64,000 nucleotides of DNA from Octopus sinensis (GCF_006345805.1 NC_043015.1:2108001-2172000), one strand, 5' to 3'. Shown: positions 41,760 through 56,210, numbered from the stretch's first letter. A program made the numbers and translations. The notes: generated by a model from the letters alone, not told the origin.

Positions 41760-44700
41760 GCTGGTACGGCGTTGAAGGTGCAAACTGTCGCTTTGCACAT
41801 CGGAGGCCCTACCAAAACCGCACGGACGCGAGACAGAGGTCCCTCCCTCAGGGAGAACAAAAACAAAAAGTTAAAAGAAGGGAAAAAAGCGCACTGACCA
41901 CTACTGAAAGACGGTATGCAGATGTGGTGCGCGGAAACCCAACAGGTGGCCAGCTTCACCCAGATGTGAGAAGGACGGCAGCTGAACAGCAGTCTTTTTT
42001 GTGCATGGCACAAAAATTGTTCAGCAGCTGACCTGGCTACAAGCACAAAGCTGGACTACCACCACATAAGGCCACCTCCAACAGATGCAGGATGGCCACC
42101 ACAGACAAACCAACACCACACACACACCACAAAAATATTTCTACTGAATGTAGGAGGGCTGCTGCGCGGAACTGTAAAAAGAAAATTTCATTCCTGAGAG
42201 ACCTTGTGACATGCAATCAAGCTATATGCATGGCACTCACAGAAACGCATCTTGAACCCGATATAGGTGATGCAGAAATACACATGCCGCAATATGCAGT
42301 CATACGCACAGATAGAAAAGGGAGGAGCCATGGTGGAGTTGCAATGTACATCCGAGATGACCTCACACGCCCCAGGTCCTGCTGTCATATTCAAACTCAG
42401 TATGTGAAACTCAAATTGCACACATAAGACAACTGAATATCGTCATATGCACTACATATCGCCCACCAGACGCCCCAAAACACTCAGGCATGTTTGAAGA
42501 CTGCCTAACAAAAATAGGAGGAGTCCTCACCAACCTTGAACAGCACAACAGTGTATTCTTCATGGGTGACTTTAACCTCCCCAATGTGGAATGGCCTGGG
42601 GGGCAGATGCTCCCAGGGATGACACACCCCATCAGCAGGCACAGGTGGAGTCCCTGCTCCATCTCACAAATACCTCTTTCATGGAGCAAATAGTTCTGCA
42701 ACCAACAAGGGCAGATAATATACTGGATCTCTGCTTTACAACAATATGGATATTATCCATAATGTTAATGTGATGCCGACAATGATCTCGGATCACAACA
42801 TAATAGAGCTGTCTATGTATGGAACAAAAGCCCCCGCAGACACACAGCCTATACGAAGCACCCACCATCTCTCCAACTTAAACTTTCATAAAGCCAACTG
42901 GAAGTCGATTGAGAAAGAGATCCTCAAACAGGATTGGCCTGAATGTCTCTCCACACCGGACATAAACATGAAACACAAACACTTCATGTCCATAATACAA
43001 GCCATGTGACAAATATGTCCCAATGTGCAGGGCCAGCACACACAAGAACAAAAACAGGATCCCTAGAAAAGGAGGATTCTTATGAGACGACGGACAAGGA
43101 TTGCAAACCGCCTGAGCAAGCACACCAAAAGTGGTGAGAAGTCTCGGCTCGAAAGAATGCTAATGGAAACTGAGAAAAGTCTACATCAGTCCTATGAAAA
43201 GGAGAGAGCAGATAAAGAAGCTTGGGTAATAGAAAATATAAAATCAAACCCTAAAGCTTTCTTTAAGTTTGCCAAAGAGACAGCCACAGTGCACCAGAGA
43301 ATAGGACCTCTCTTCCAAAAAGATGGCTCTCTCACAGGAAATCCCACGAGGATAAGTGAAATACTGAATGAACAGTTCCAAAGTGTGTTCACTACACCTC
43401 TAGGACACAGGCAAGTAAACAACCCAGAAGAATTCTTTGCCACTTTACCAGCGACCAAAGAGACAAAAATTGAGTACATCAACATCGAAGAAGATGATAT
43501 CACACTAGCCATTGATGAGATTGACACAAACTCAGCTGCTGGACCTGATGGATTCCCAGCGATCCTTCTCAAATCGTGCAAACGAGCCCTTGCAAAACCG
43601 CTACAGCTTCTTTTTCAGAGCTTTCTTGCAAGTGGTAAGCTCCCAGTCAAACTGAAAGAGGGGGTAATATGCCCTATCCATAAGGGAGGTAGCAGAGCAG
43701 ATGCTAAAAATTATAGGCCTATCTCTCTGACCTCACACATCAGCAAAGTCATGGAACGAATAGTCCGTAAGAAACTAATCATGTTCCTTGAAGAAAATGA
43801 CTTACTGTCTGACACCCAGCATGGATTTCGACCAGGTAGAGGCTGCCTAACACAGCTCCTGCACACTATGACTGGGTGTTGAAACAGCTACTAAATGGCT
43901 CAAATGTGGATGTAATATATCTTGACTTTGCAAAAGCCTTTGATAAAGTCGACCATGGTATGATCTGTCACAAACTGCGTGGTCTCGGCATAGGCGGGAA
44001 ACTTGGAGAGTGACTGCACAACTTCCTAAAAGACAGAAAACAGGCAGTTGTGAGCAATGGAGCCACCTCCAGGAAACGCAAATAACAAGCGGTGTCCCAC
44101 AGGGCACTGTCTTGGGGCCACTGATGTTCATAGTGGCCCTTTCAGACATGCCTTCAGTTGCTACGATGACCACCCTTGCTAGCTATGCAGATGACACAAA
44201 AGTCTCCCACGCAATACAAAACCCTGAAAATATTGCGCATCTGCAACATGAGCTGGACACAATAACAGGTGGGCTGAGGACAACAACATGCAGTTTAATG
44301 CAGGTAAGTTCCAGCCCTGCGCTACTGGCACACAAAGGTAAATGACGTGAAGACTGGATACACTGGCCCAGGAAGAATTGCAATCCCTGAGTCAAAATCA
44401 GTGCGTGACCTGGGCATTGACATGAGCAATGATGCATCTTTCCAAATGCATATTGCTAATCTGGTGATAAAATGCAGACGGCTAGCTGGATGGATTCTCC
44501 GAACTTTCAGAACAAGAGAGAAGGAGACACTGATGGTCCTATGGAAAACATTTGTCCTCAGCCGCTTGGACTACTGCTCCCAACTTTGGTCACCACACAA
44601 TATAAAACAAACAGCAGAACTCGAAGCAACTCAGAGAAGCTACACAAAGAAAATCGTCTCAATGCAAAATGTCAGCTACTGGGAAAGACTGAAGGTATTA

Positions 44701-45168
44701 AACCTCTTCTCCCTGGAGCGGAGGCGGGAGAGATATGCAGTGATATACATCTGGAAATCCTGGAGGGTCTTGTCCCAACTTTGGCATTCAAAGTTACTCC
44801 AACCGCAGAACGGGGCGCCGCTGCGTGGTGCCAAGGATTCCAACATCACCATCAAAATACAGGTCCAGATACTGCAACAGCTTGGGTTTCAGAGGACCAC
44901 AGCTCTTTAACATCCTCCCTAAATGCCTGAGAGACTTACATGGTGTGGATGTGGGTTTCTTTAAAACTAAACTGGATTTCTTCTTGTTGGGAGTCCCAGA
45001 TGAACCTACCCTCGACAGGAGACACGGATGCGGGCAGCAGCATCGAACTCCCTTGTTGATCAAGTGCCACGTATCAGAGGTGGATTCACAAACTAGTGTA
45101 GCTCATTCAGCGGTGGTGCCCCAGCATGGCCGCGGCCTTCGGACTAAAACATTTTTAAGGATTTAAGG

Positions 45169-45173
<5 letters not shown>
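41760..45173 (+). mobile_element. CR1-group LINE: 3' end of ORF1 plus complete but frameshifted ORF2 (APE + RT) and 3' UTR
   Basis: APE: LLNVGGL, ALTETHL, RTDRKGRSHGGVAMY, MGDFNLP, DNILDLCF, SDHNII. RT: AAGPDG, NYRPISLTS, QHGFRPGR, YLDFAKAFDKVDH, SGVPQGTVLGP, YADDTKV, RDLGI, LDYCSQLWSP, SLERRRER. Tail (TTTAAGGA)n; flanked by (TA)n. Confidence 0.95.
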
Positions 45174-45205
<32 letters not shown>

Positions 45206-45229
45206 AATATATACATGTATATGCGTATG

Positions 45230-45274
<45 letters not shown>

Positions 45275-46194
45275 ATATTATATATATATGTAAATATATA
45301 TATGTGTGTGCACGTGTGTAATTCGTACATACATATACATACATGTACTACCATACGTATATATATATTTGAGCATACGCATAAACTCATGCATAAAAAT
45401 ATATGAATACTTACATATTCATGCAAATATATATATAAGCGTATACGTGTATATGGATATATACATATATCAATTTATAAATGCGCACACGTACGCACGA
45501 ACACCCGAAGGTAGACACACATGTACACATACATATATCAAACACGATGTACACAAACACAAACATACAACAACAAATGCATAAATGCAAGAAACTCGTA
45601 TATACACACGTATAAGCGCAAACGATAAAATAATTGAAAACAAGAGAATATGGCATACTGTAGCATACTGCCTAACGTAGAGAAAATATAAAACAAGGAA
45701 AACATATATAAAAGAAAGATTGCGAATCAGCAATATTGAAGACAGAAAAACCGGCCAGAGGTTGTTAAACAGATAGCAGTGGTCTAGAATGTATTATTGA
45801 AAAACACATCTGTTAGTAGGTACATGTTCTGTTCTGACAAGTAATGTCATATTTATGAAATATTACCCTATACTAAGAAAGCATATTGTGAAAGAGAAGT
45901 ATACAGATCGTAGTCAATAATGAAGAAGGTACCAAAGGTAAGATATATATATATATATATTATTCAAAGTAATTGAAACTCTGTTTTTTATGTTTTATAT
46001 ATATTCTTTATAATATTAATGTAGGATATAGAATATATAGTATATATAGTATATATAGTAAAATGGAATGAAGTATTGATTGTCTTATTGAATAGATGAA
46101 ATATTGAATATCAAATATTAAGGGACTAGTATACTTTCTTGCATTTTAGCAATCTTCAAGGTCCCAGGTTGTGACAGGAGTGTTTCAAATGCAT

Positions 46195-46198
46195 TGTA

Positions 46199-46245
<47 letters not shown>

Positions 46246-46353
46246 AATATATATATAATATATATATATATATTATATATATGTATATGTATGTATATAT
46301 ATATATTATGTATGTATATATATATATATATATATGTATATATAATATATATG

Positions 46354-46419
<66 letters not shown>

Positions 46420-46552
46420 TATATATGTATATATAATATATATGTATGTATATATATGTATATATATATATATATGTATATGTATGTATATATATATGTA
46501 TATATATGTATATATATATATATATATGTATGCATATATATGTATATGTATG

Positions 46553-46585
<33 letters not shown>

Positions 46586-46841
46586 GTTATATATATATAT
46601 ATGTATGTATATATATGTATATATATATATATGTATATGTATGTATATACATATATATGTATGTATATATATATATATATATGTATGCATATATATGTAT
46701 ATGTATGTATATATATATATAATATATATATATATATAATATATATGTATATATATATTGTATATATATGTGTATGTATGTATATATATATATGTATGTA
46801 TATATATATATATATATATGTATGTATATATGTATATATAT

Positions 46842-46872
<31 letters not shown>

Positions 46873-46890
46873 ATGCATGCATGTGTGTGT
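46195..46890. repeat. Long imperfect (TA)n/(TATG)n tract
   Basis: Direct reading; source of the IY-repeat ORFs. Confidence 0.95.
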
Positions 46891-46894
46891 ATAT

Positions 46895-47102
46895 ATGTTT
46901 GTGTGGTTGTTTGACCCCCCCCCAAACACCACTTGACAACCGATGCTGCTATGTTTACGTCCCCGTAACTTAGCGGTTCGGTACAAGATAACAACTGAAA
47001 AAGTACAAAGCTTACAAAGAATAAGTCCTGGTGTCGAATTGCTCTAATAAAGGTGATGCCCCAGCATGGCCACAGTTAAATGACTGAAACAAGTAAAAAA
47101 GT
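46895..47102 (+). mobile_element. SINE family B, 3' half
   Basis: CTTGACAACCGATGCTG...CCCCAGCATGGCCACAGTTAAATGACTGAAACAAGTAAAA. Confidence 0.85.
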
Positions 47103-47887
47103 AAACAGAAATGTTTTAATTGAAAATCGGGTTTGTTTTTTTTCATTAAGTGAAACTTCATACATCACGTTATACTTTTTCTCACTTTCTTCTAAGGTAC
47201 AGCGTCTTCGTTTGCTCTCTTATCTCATGGTTCAATATATTGTATTTGCTTTTAACGTATGGTAGAGAAGTTCACTATTGCTATTTGCAAACTAGCAGAT
47301 CTCCAACTTAGTTCGTCCACATATAAGTTTTGCTCTGGCTATCTTAAGCATGTCCAGTGTTTCAACAGCGCATTAAAAAAGCACGTTGTAGAAGCCTATT
47401 ATGTTGTCAAATCTTCTATGTTAGATTAAAGGAAAATTCTCAACCTCCTTTTTCACATTCTATACACTTACTGAAAGACTTGAAAATTCATTTGAAAACT
47501 CCTTTTCTTTGTTTGTATTATCCTCTAGACAAATATTCGCTGATCAATTGTTAAACTGGACTTTACTAACGTGACGGAAATGAAGGCTGCGAATGATTAT
47601 ATAATCTATGATATATTGACAATAACAGTAATGAGGACCATTTGTTAAATATTCTTGACATGACAACCCACCTCTGGGCTTCGAATGTGACTTTCTTTTC
47701 GTCAGAAATGTTTAGATTGTGTGCAACGACATTTCGCTAAATATTCCTTCTCTGAAGTACATTTACTTGTCGATAATGTACAACGAAACACAAATGTATT
47801 TGAAATATTTACTATTCAAATTGGACAGAAAACCTGACACCAAAATCTCTGCTCAGTAATTCCAGTTTCTTATCAACACCATCGAAC

Positions 47888-47951
<64 letters not shown>

Positions 47952-47954
47952 ATA

Positions 47955-47993
<39 letters not shown>

Positions 47994-49186
47994 TTTCCGT
48001 CGTTCTAATTAACCGCATCTACACCAGAAACTGGCCTTTGCATGTCCATTCGTATGCATTCAGGTATTTATTTTGTACGTTATCGTATTTTCTTTCACAC
48101 ATCTCACGACGATTAGACACCAGAAAAATGATAAAACCTTGTGCGCAAAACGTTTTCTGACGATCAGAAAATGGTCACTTGACTATACATGAGATTGTGA
48201 ATGCTTACATTAAATATAAAATATCTCTCATGTTTAATATATTTTGCTGTGATTTGTGATGTCTAATATATTTTTGCGTAATTTGTTTAAACAGACACAA
48301 AATCACCAATGTTTACACCTTATGTTCTAATGTTGAGAATAATCATAGACTGATGTTTAAAAAGTGACAGTCTCTACTATATTGCCCTTGGTAAATAACA
48401 GCAGTTAAATCACAGAGAATATTTTGAGAAGAGTACATTTAAGTCGTTCCGTGTTTATATTATATTTTTCAAACCTTTGCAGCCAGAAGACCGATGATCA
48501 AATATTTTCTAAAGGCAATAACTCTTTACTTCACGAAATTTATTATTTCTGAAGCACTCCTTGAAATTTCTGTATAATTAGATGTGTTTTCCAAAGCTTC
48601 GAGCCGTTATAGCAGTACAAATATGATACGTTTTTTTTACAACACGACCTGGCAATGGCATTTTTCAAGAAAGTTCAACAAGGACATCGTTACTTATTTA
48701 ACGTCTAGTTCCATTGTCTGTAAGCAAAACTGCGAGGTTGTGCTCTGGTGTTTATAAAAAGGAAGGAAAATAGATTTTTCGTCATTTATATCTCTCAATG
48801 GTGAGACTTCAAGTATTTTTTGTATTGCTAAGTCTTCTTGTTTAGAATGTTTCGACAGAATATGTAACTGAACTTCAGACATGGACCCCAAAATATGTTG
48901 AATAACATTAGCAACTCAAAAAATCTGGTTGATTTTAATTTGAGATTGAAGAGCATTCATCAGATAACCGTTAATAATAGAAATACATTAGTTTAGCTTA
49001 AATACATATCAAATATATTGAATAAGGTAAACGTTTTTATTGAATCATTCTATATCACAGAGAAAGAATTTGAACTAATGTGTCAACGACATAATATAGG
49101 AATCCCAAGATATTTGAGGCATCATATTTATAGCTACGTCGTATATTACAACTACTCCTGTTTCCAGCGACGCTGCTGCTGCTCCT

Positions 49187-49365
<179 letters not shown>

Positions 49366-49526
49366 CCGCTAGTTATTTACTGTGATGTCCTATATTTGTT
49401 TACCAGAGCAGAACAAACAAAAGAGAAACAGGCGGCCATAAATGAAAAAGAAAATGTAAACTATAAAAATATTTATATTAGTATATTAGTATATTAGTAT
49501 ATTAGTATGTTAGTATATTTGTATAT

Positions 49527-49608
<82 letters not shown>

Positions 49609-49733
49609 GTATGTATTCACACACATCCTATATTTGTATGACTGAAAGAACGCACATATGCCTTATATCAAATGTAGTTTATATTTCACTCTCTTTCCCT
49701 CCCTCTCTGCATATACACACACACACATATATG

Positions 49734-49775
<42 letters not shown>

Positions 49776-50393
49776 TATACATACATACATCACTATGCAT
49801 GCATATGTATATTTTCTTAATAATGCCGTATACAAAATGTAAACTGGAAAAACAAACAAAAACAAACATTTAAACCCATTCCTCTAGGTGAGATCTTTGA
49901 TGTTGTAAAAGGGAAACGAAAAGAAATATAACACAAATACACAAAACAACACACGAAGTGTTTTCTCTCACACATCAGGTGTCATTCATAATGTGTTTCT
50001 TTAAGGCAAATTCTCTGTCAGAGTGAAGTATATACTTCATGCTTCCTATTCAAGAATTTCTTGTTTACTGCCAGCTTGTCTCCAACCATATCATCAGCCT
50101 CGAGTGGCATTCAGATTTATTCACACGGAGTGGCGGAAGATACTATATGTGTGTATGTGATAATATAGATACCGATGAGATCATCTTATATATTTCCTGT
50201 CATATGATGAGAAAAAACCTCAGTGGCAAGAAAAATGATACAGTGTATATAATTTTCTTTAAAGGAACCATTGTATGTTACAATATTTGGCTCCACTAAT
50301 TACTTTCTTAGCGATGAAATATATGCATATACTGCTGAAATTTAAAGATATGCCTCTAAATATATATATATATATATATATAATATATATATA

Positions 50394-50438
<45 letters not shown>

Positions 50439-50511
50439 CATATATATATATATATACACACACACATATACACATACATATATATATAGATACATATGTA
50501 TATATATATAT

Positions 50512-50660
50512 TGCCCGGTAGTTAGGGCAGTGGACTCGCGGTTGTAGGATCGCGGTTTCGTTTACCAGACCGGGCGTTGTGAGTGTTTATTGAGCTAAAA
50601 CACCTAAATCTCCATGAGACTCCGGCAGAGGGGGGGGGATCCCTGCTGTACTATTTCCCC
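50512..50660 (+). mobile_element. SINE family C, 5' part
   Basis: GTTAGGGCAGTGGACTCGCGGTTGTAGGATCGCGGTTTCG...ACCGGGCGTTGTGAGTGTTTATTGAG. Confidence 0.85.
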
Positions 50661-50840
50661 ACAAGGAGACCAAACCGTCCAGAAGATTTCCAGGCGATTT
50701 AATTGGAGATTTAATTGGATAAATGTACTCTTTAGTTTCTCAGAACATTTTTATGTAATTTTGGTAAGCATATCTGTTAAAATGAAATGTCAATGATATT
50801 TTCATTTTGGCGTGATTTAGGCGACAATTTATTCACCGTT

Positions 50841-50897
<57 letters not shown>

Positions 50898-51167
50898 ATA
50901 GACATGCATACATGTATATACACACGCACGCACTTAATATATATATTTATAGGCTGAGGAGATCTAACTACCCATTTTCGGAAAGGCCATTGACCTTTCT
51001 ATGGCCCTCTGCTCTTTGCCGGGCTTTGCTTTTAATCCCGCAAGGTGTAGTAAATCCACCACACTCACCAAGCAAGCTTAGTGGGGTTGCCGATTTAGTG
51101 GCTGAGTATTCGATGGTTTAACAACGCCACTTGTTAATCATTATAGGTAATTATCAATCTGAATAAT

Positions 51168-51554
51168 TACTCTTTTACTCTTTTACTTGTTTCAGTCATT
51201 TGACTGCGGCCATGCTGGAGCACCGCCTTTAGTCGAGCAAATCGACCCCGGGACTTATTCTTTGTTAGCCCAGTACTTATTCTATCGGTCTCTTTTGCCG
51301 AACCGCTAAGTGACGGGGGACAAACACTGACAAACGAACACACACACACACCTATATATATATATATATATAATATATATATATATATATACGACAGGCT
51401 TCTTTCAGTTTCTGTCTACCAAATCCACTCACAAGGCATTGGTCGGCCCGGCGCTATAGCAGAAGACACATGCCCAAGATGCCACGCAGTGGGATTGAAC
51501 CCGGAACCATGTGGTTGGTAAGCAAGCTACTTACCACACAGCCACTCCTGCGCC
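51168..51554 (-). mobile_element. SINE family B, full length, young
   Basis: Near-exact reverse complement of 6822-7227, including the TACTCTTT tail. Confidence 0.9.
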
Positions 51555-52899
51555 TTTACTTGTTCAATATTATAATTTCCCTATTACAACTGTAATCCTA
51601 TAATCCCCTTATTATTATTTATCTTTTCACTGCTATAGTTTCACAATTATTTCTATACTTATATTATTAGTAAAATATTAGCCAATATGAGAGGAGCATC
51701 GAGAAGTTGGAACTAGCATAGCTAAAATATAGAAATTTATAAGCAGCATTTCATTTTTTTAAAAAGCTACAGTAATCTATCTATAAACATCCCGTCGTAT
51801 TTATGATGAGGAAATATATCTATAGAAATTCATATTGCACTTAAGATATAAAAGTCTATAAACATCTCAAAGTTTTAGCGAACATATAAAGCAATAGAAA
51901 AGGTTTACCCATCTTTTAGAGGAGCTGTTAAGTGGCCATTTTTGTCGTCGATGTCATCATCATCATCATGACCAACACCATCACCATCATCATCACCATC
52001 ATAATCTCATTGTCATTGTCGTCGTCATCATCATCATCATTATCATTTAATTAGGATTATCTATCTGTAATTTCCAGATGCATATTTTGGTAATATTGGC
52101 GTTTCGTATACTATAGGTGCTAGAATATGCACAAGCCATAACGTAGTATTGAGATAAAGTACGATATTCTGAATTCTCTACAAGTCTGAGAGCTTTATGA
52201 TCTGTTTTGATTTTCCTTCAGCCAAGCGTATTAAATAGTTGCTATTTACCAAAAAGTATCAGTTTATTTGGAAACCATATGTACAGTAATGTAAGCTAAC
52301 AAATAGATGAACTAGAATGTATGTTTAAGACTATAGACTCTTATAGTGAATTTCTTGCATTGATTAATAGGTCTGTTTCCAATACTCGCTGTTGGAATCT
52401 AATACAAAGTCTATGCATTTGGAAGTTACAGATAAATAATCGTAATTAAATGATATTGAGGATGATGATGACGACGACGACGACGTCTACGATGATGATG
52501 ATGTTGATGATGAATATGGCCATTTAACAGCTGCTGTAAATTAGTTTGATGTTTGTTACTCAAACTAATGTTGGAACAGTCTATATCGCATCAAATCTAA
52601 TCGTTCTTTATATTTGACAGGCCGTCCAATATCCTCAAGAAATTTTCTATTTAGTTCCGTGGATTTTATGTTTAAATTCTCAGTTCATCTTAAGCATCTT
52701 GAGCAGGCTCTAAATGATTGTGCATTTTATAACTTGTGTTGATTTTTAGCGTGTATAGAAACAGCAAATCAGCGTTATTGTTAAATATCAATAGGGCTTA
52801 ACAACGATAGCATACGTGCCTGATCCCTGCTTTGTTTTCTGTTTTTACTTACATCAATTTCTTTTTAACTTTTGGTCCAAATCCTATTTAATATTGGTT

Positions 52900-53630
52900 T
52901 ACAATTCTGTCACAAAGTCAGCAATTGCATGAGAGTGGTTAAGTCGATTAAATCCACTCCGTACTATTTTGGTATTTATTTTATGGATCCAAAAATGAGG
53001 AAATATAAAATCGATCGCGGCAGAATTTGAAAATCAGAACATAAATATGGAGGAAACGCTGCTAAATATTTTATCTACCGTGTTAAACATTCGAAGAAAT
53101 TCACGCCTAAAATCTTAATACTTTTGGTTTTAAAGATTCACAAAACCCAGTACTTTTGGCGAAGGGGGTTAATAAAAAAGTACGAAAGCAAATCAACAAT
53201 CGGTTTTCTTTACTTTAAAGAAGGAGGAAATGCTCCTAACCATTTTGTCTACCGTGCTGAAAGTTCGACCAAATTGACGCCTCAAATCTTAATACTTTGG
53301 GTTTTAAATTTTCACGAAACCCAGTTCTTTTGGGAAAGGAGGTCAATCGATTACGTTAAAACCAATGCTCAGCTCGTATTTATTTTATCGACCTCAAAAA
53401 GACGAAAGGCGAATCAACATTCGGCTTTCTTTACATTAAAGATGAAGGAAATGCTGAAAATTCGACCATATTGACGCCTCAAATCTTAATATTTTGGTTT
53501 TAAATTTTCACAAAACACAGTTCTTTTGCAAAAGGGGGCCAATCGATTACGACAAAACCAATGCTCAGCTCAACCTCAAAAGGACGAAAGGCGAATCAAC
53601 ATTCGGTTTTCTTTACATTAAGATCCCAAA
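52900..53630 (-). repeat. Tandem array (~175-200-bp units) of decayed family A SINE plus flank
   Basis: CGCCT.AAATCTTAATA recurs at ~53104, 53278 and 53475. GACGAAAGGCGAATCAACATTCGG is duplicated. Confidence 0.65.
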
Positions 53631-54094
53631 AGTTAAAGACAGTCTAAGCATTTTTCCCTGAGCGATAACAATAATGCTCGATCGGTGCCTTAAGTCCTAT
53701 TAATTTTAGAAATTAAAATAAGGCGGTGAACTTGCCGAATCCTTAACAGAGTGTGCAAAATGCTTGGTGGTATTTCGTCGGTTATTACATTCAGCCTTTC
53801 GGGGGCGATAAAAGGAGTAACACTATGGGGCTATGGGGTCGATGTAATGGATTTGCGCCCTCCCCATAATTTCTGGGATTGTGTCAAAAATTTGAAACTT
53901 TTATTATGATTTCTATTAAGTTCTGAGATGACAGGATTGCTAGAAAGCCGGGGCAATGATTAGCGGAATTTCGTGCCCCGGTACGTACTGGGGCCAACTT
54001 TGTATTTTTTAATCTTTCTGGTATCGATAAAATAGGTGACACTTATACAATAGAGCCGTTGATATCGACTAACCTAAAAAAGAGAGACTTCTGT

Positions 54095-54416
54095 AAATCG
54101 ACCCCAGGACTTAATCTTTGTAAGCCTAGTACTTATTCTATCGGTCTCTTTTACGGGAACGTAAACACACCAGCGTCGGTTGTCAAGCGATTTTGGGGGT
54201 ACAAATACAGACACACAAATACATACACACAAACATATATATATATACATATATACGACAGGCTTCTTTCAGTTTCCGTCTACCAAATCCACTCACAAGG
54301 CTTTTGGATGGCCCGAGGCTATAGTAGAAGACACTTGCTCAAGGTGCCACGCAGTGGGACTGAACCCGGAACCATATGGTTCTTAAGCAAGCAACTTACG
54401 ATATAGCCATTCCTAC
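54095..54416 (-). mobile_element. SINE family B
   Basis: GTGCCACGCAGTGGGACTGAACCCGGAACCATATGG; CTTTCAGTTTCCGTCTACCAAATCCACTCACAAGG. Confidence 0.85.
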
Positions 54417-54469
54417 CCCTAAATCGAAAGTTCAAGCATTTCAGGGTGGACATTCGGCGAAAGCGACCG

Positions 54470-54800
54470 GATCCGTGGAGCGGGAAAATTGGATTCTTCT
54501 TGACGTCAATGCACCCTGTCATCGAGCTCTCCTTACTCATGATTTTCTCGCCATAAACAAGATGCTACTGCTTTCGCACCCGCTGTATTTTCCAGATTTA
54601 GCACATGCGGACTTCCATCATTTCCGGAAGGGGAAAAGGAAGATAAAAGGACGCGTTTTAACACCGTTGCGAAATCAAGAAGGTTCTCACTCGCTCAGGA
54701 AAAACGACTTCAATCTCGGATTCTAAAAGTGACAGGAACCCTGGAACAGGTGTGTTGCTGCACAAGGTGGCTAATTCGAAACAAATGATGTTAAAAGGTG
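54470..54800 (+). mobile_element. Mariner (DD34D) transposase C-terminal remnant
   Basis: WILLDVNAPCHRALLTHDFLAINKMLLLSHPLYFPDLAHADFHHF..KRKIKG matches the mariner HDNA..H...HPPYSPDLAP.DF.LF pattern. Confidence 0.8.
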
Positions 54801-54849
54801 ACTATTTCGAAAGAAATGATGGTAAAGCTTAGGCAAATATTTAAAATGC

Positions 54850-55010
54850 ACCTCTGACGCATCATTCTCCGAGCTTTCCGGTAATTCCAGTCCGACCTCT
54901 CCACCTTGCACATCTTCCGCAACCTACCCTTTCCCTTCTTCAAACGTACTCATAACGTACTTAACCTGCTTGTCTAAAGTTTCTTCCCTAACATAGCTCG
55001 GAAACATTTT
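54850..55010 (+). mobile_element. Short Penelope-like fragment homologous to 59095-59235
   Basis: CCTCTGACGCATCATTCT..AGTCCGACCTCTCCACCT.GCACATCTTCC.CAACCTACC..TTCAAACGT is shared. Confidence 0.65.
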
Positions 55011-55626
55011 GCTACCAATTTGTATTATTTTCATAAAATATCTTTAAATTTCTGTTCACTGGATTTAATCTTGTTCAACTTTGTAACTACAAGTTCGCTT
55101 ACAAACTTATCCATCTACCCCGTATACAATAATATTATACCACCATCGCAATTTCTATATTGCTACGAAACACTCTTTATTATTAATTTCATTACGGATC
55201 TAAAGTACTCTTCAATCTATCCAATCAATTGCCGCAAGTTGATTACTAACTTTCATAGTAATATTCATCAACTGCTTTACTAATTGCCTGAATAGTATTG
55301 TTGCTTATGATCACAACACTGTTCTTGTTGTTTGTTTGTTGTTACCGTTGCTGTTATGACTGCGGTTGCTGCTGCTATTGCCGTTGCTAATAACTGTGCT
55401 GTTATATTGCAAGCTTTGCATACAATAGAGATTGTATTGTAGATGCGTTGTGTTATTGTAGCTGTGGCTGTTCATGTTATGGTTGTTGCAGTGGAGTGCA
55501 CAGCATGTTGCTGTTGCAGCTAATGCATATTATATTAAGAATTATCTCGTTTCTGTTGGCGGTGATTATTTCACTAGGCAAGATGTCGCAGTTGCTGCAC
55601 ATAATAGTGTTAAGGTTTAGGTCTGT

Positions 55627-55667
55627 TGATGATAATGATGGTGTTGCCGATGATGATGATGATGATA

Positions 55668-55707
<40 letters not shown>

Positions 55708-55914
55708 CGACGACGACGACGACTACGACGACGATGATGTTGATGACGATGGAAATAATGATGACGTTAATGGTGATGATGATGATGATGATGACGACGA
55801 TAATGGTGATGATGATGATGATGATGATGATGATGCTGATGAATGAAAAAGAAAACGAAGATGATGACGGCGCCAACGATGTCAAACACGAGGGTGATAA
55901 TAATGATGACGACA

Positions 55915-55945
<31 letters not shown>

Positions 55946-56126
55946 TGATGATGATGATGAAGGTGATGTCGGTGATGACGATAATGATGATGGCGACGAT
56001 GTCAACGACGGCTACGCTACTGCTGCTGCTGATGGTGACGATGAGGACGACGACGAACACGTTGATAACGACAACTATGATGACGATGATGATGGTTATG
56101 ATGATGAGGATGAGGATGAGAATGAA

Positions 56127-56195
<69 letters not shown>

Positions 56196-56210
56196 GATGA
56201 TGGTGATGAT
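55627..56210. repeat. Degenerate (GAT/GAC)n trinucleotide tract
   Basis: Direct reading; translates to poly-Asp or poly-Met. Confidence 0.9.

Noticed and set aside
45860-45945. Strong AAAG|GTAAGA donor site
   Set aside because: All three upstream frames contain stops and there is no clear acceptor.
48145-48175. CTGACGATCAGAAA hammerhead-like core
   Set aside because: No room for stem II and no cleavage triplet or stem I; likely chance.
48500-48950. LNGETSSIFCIAK resembles the segment before the GVRQG RT motif
   Set aside because: Remaining RT motifs are not recoverable; too degenerate to list.
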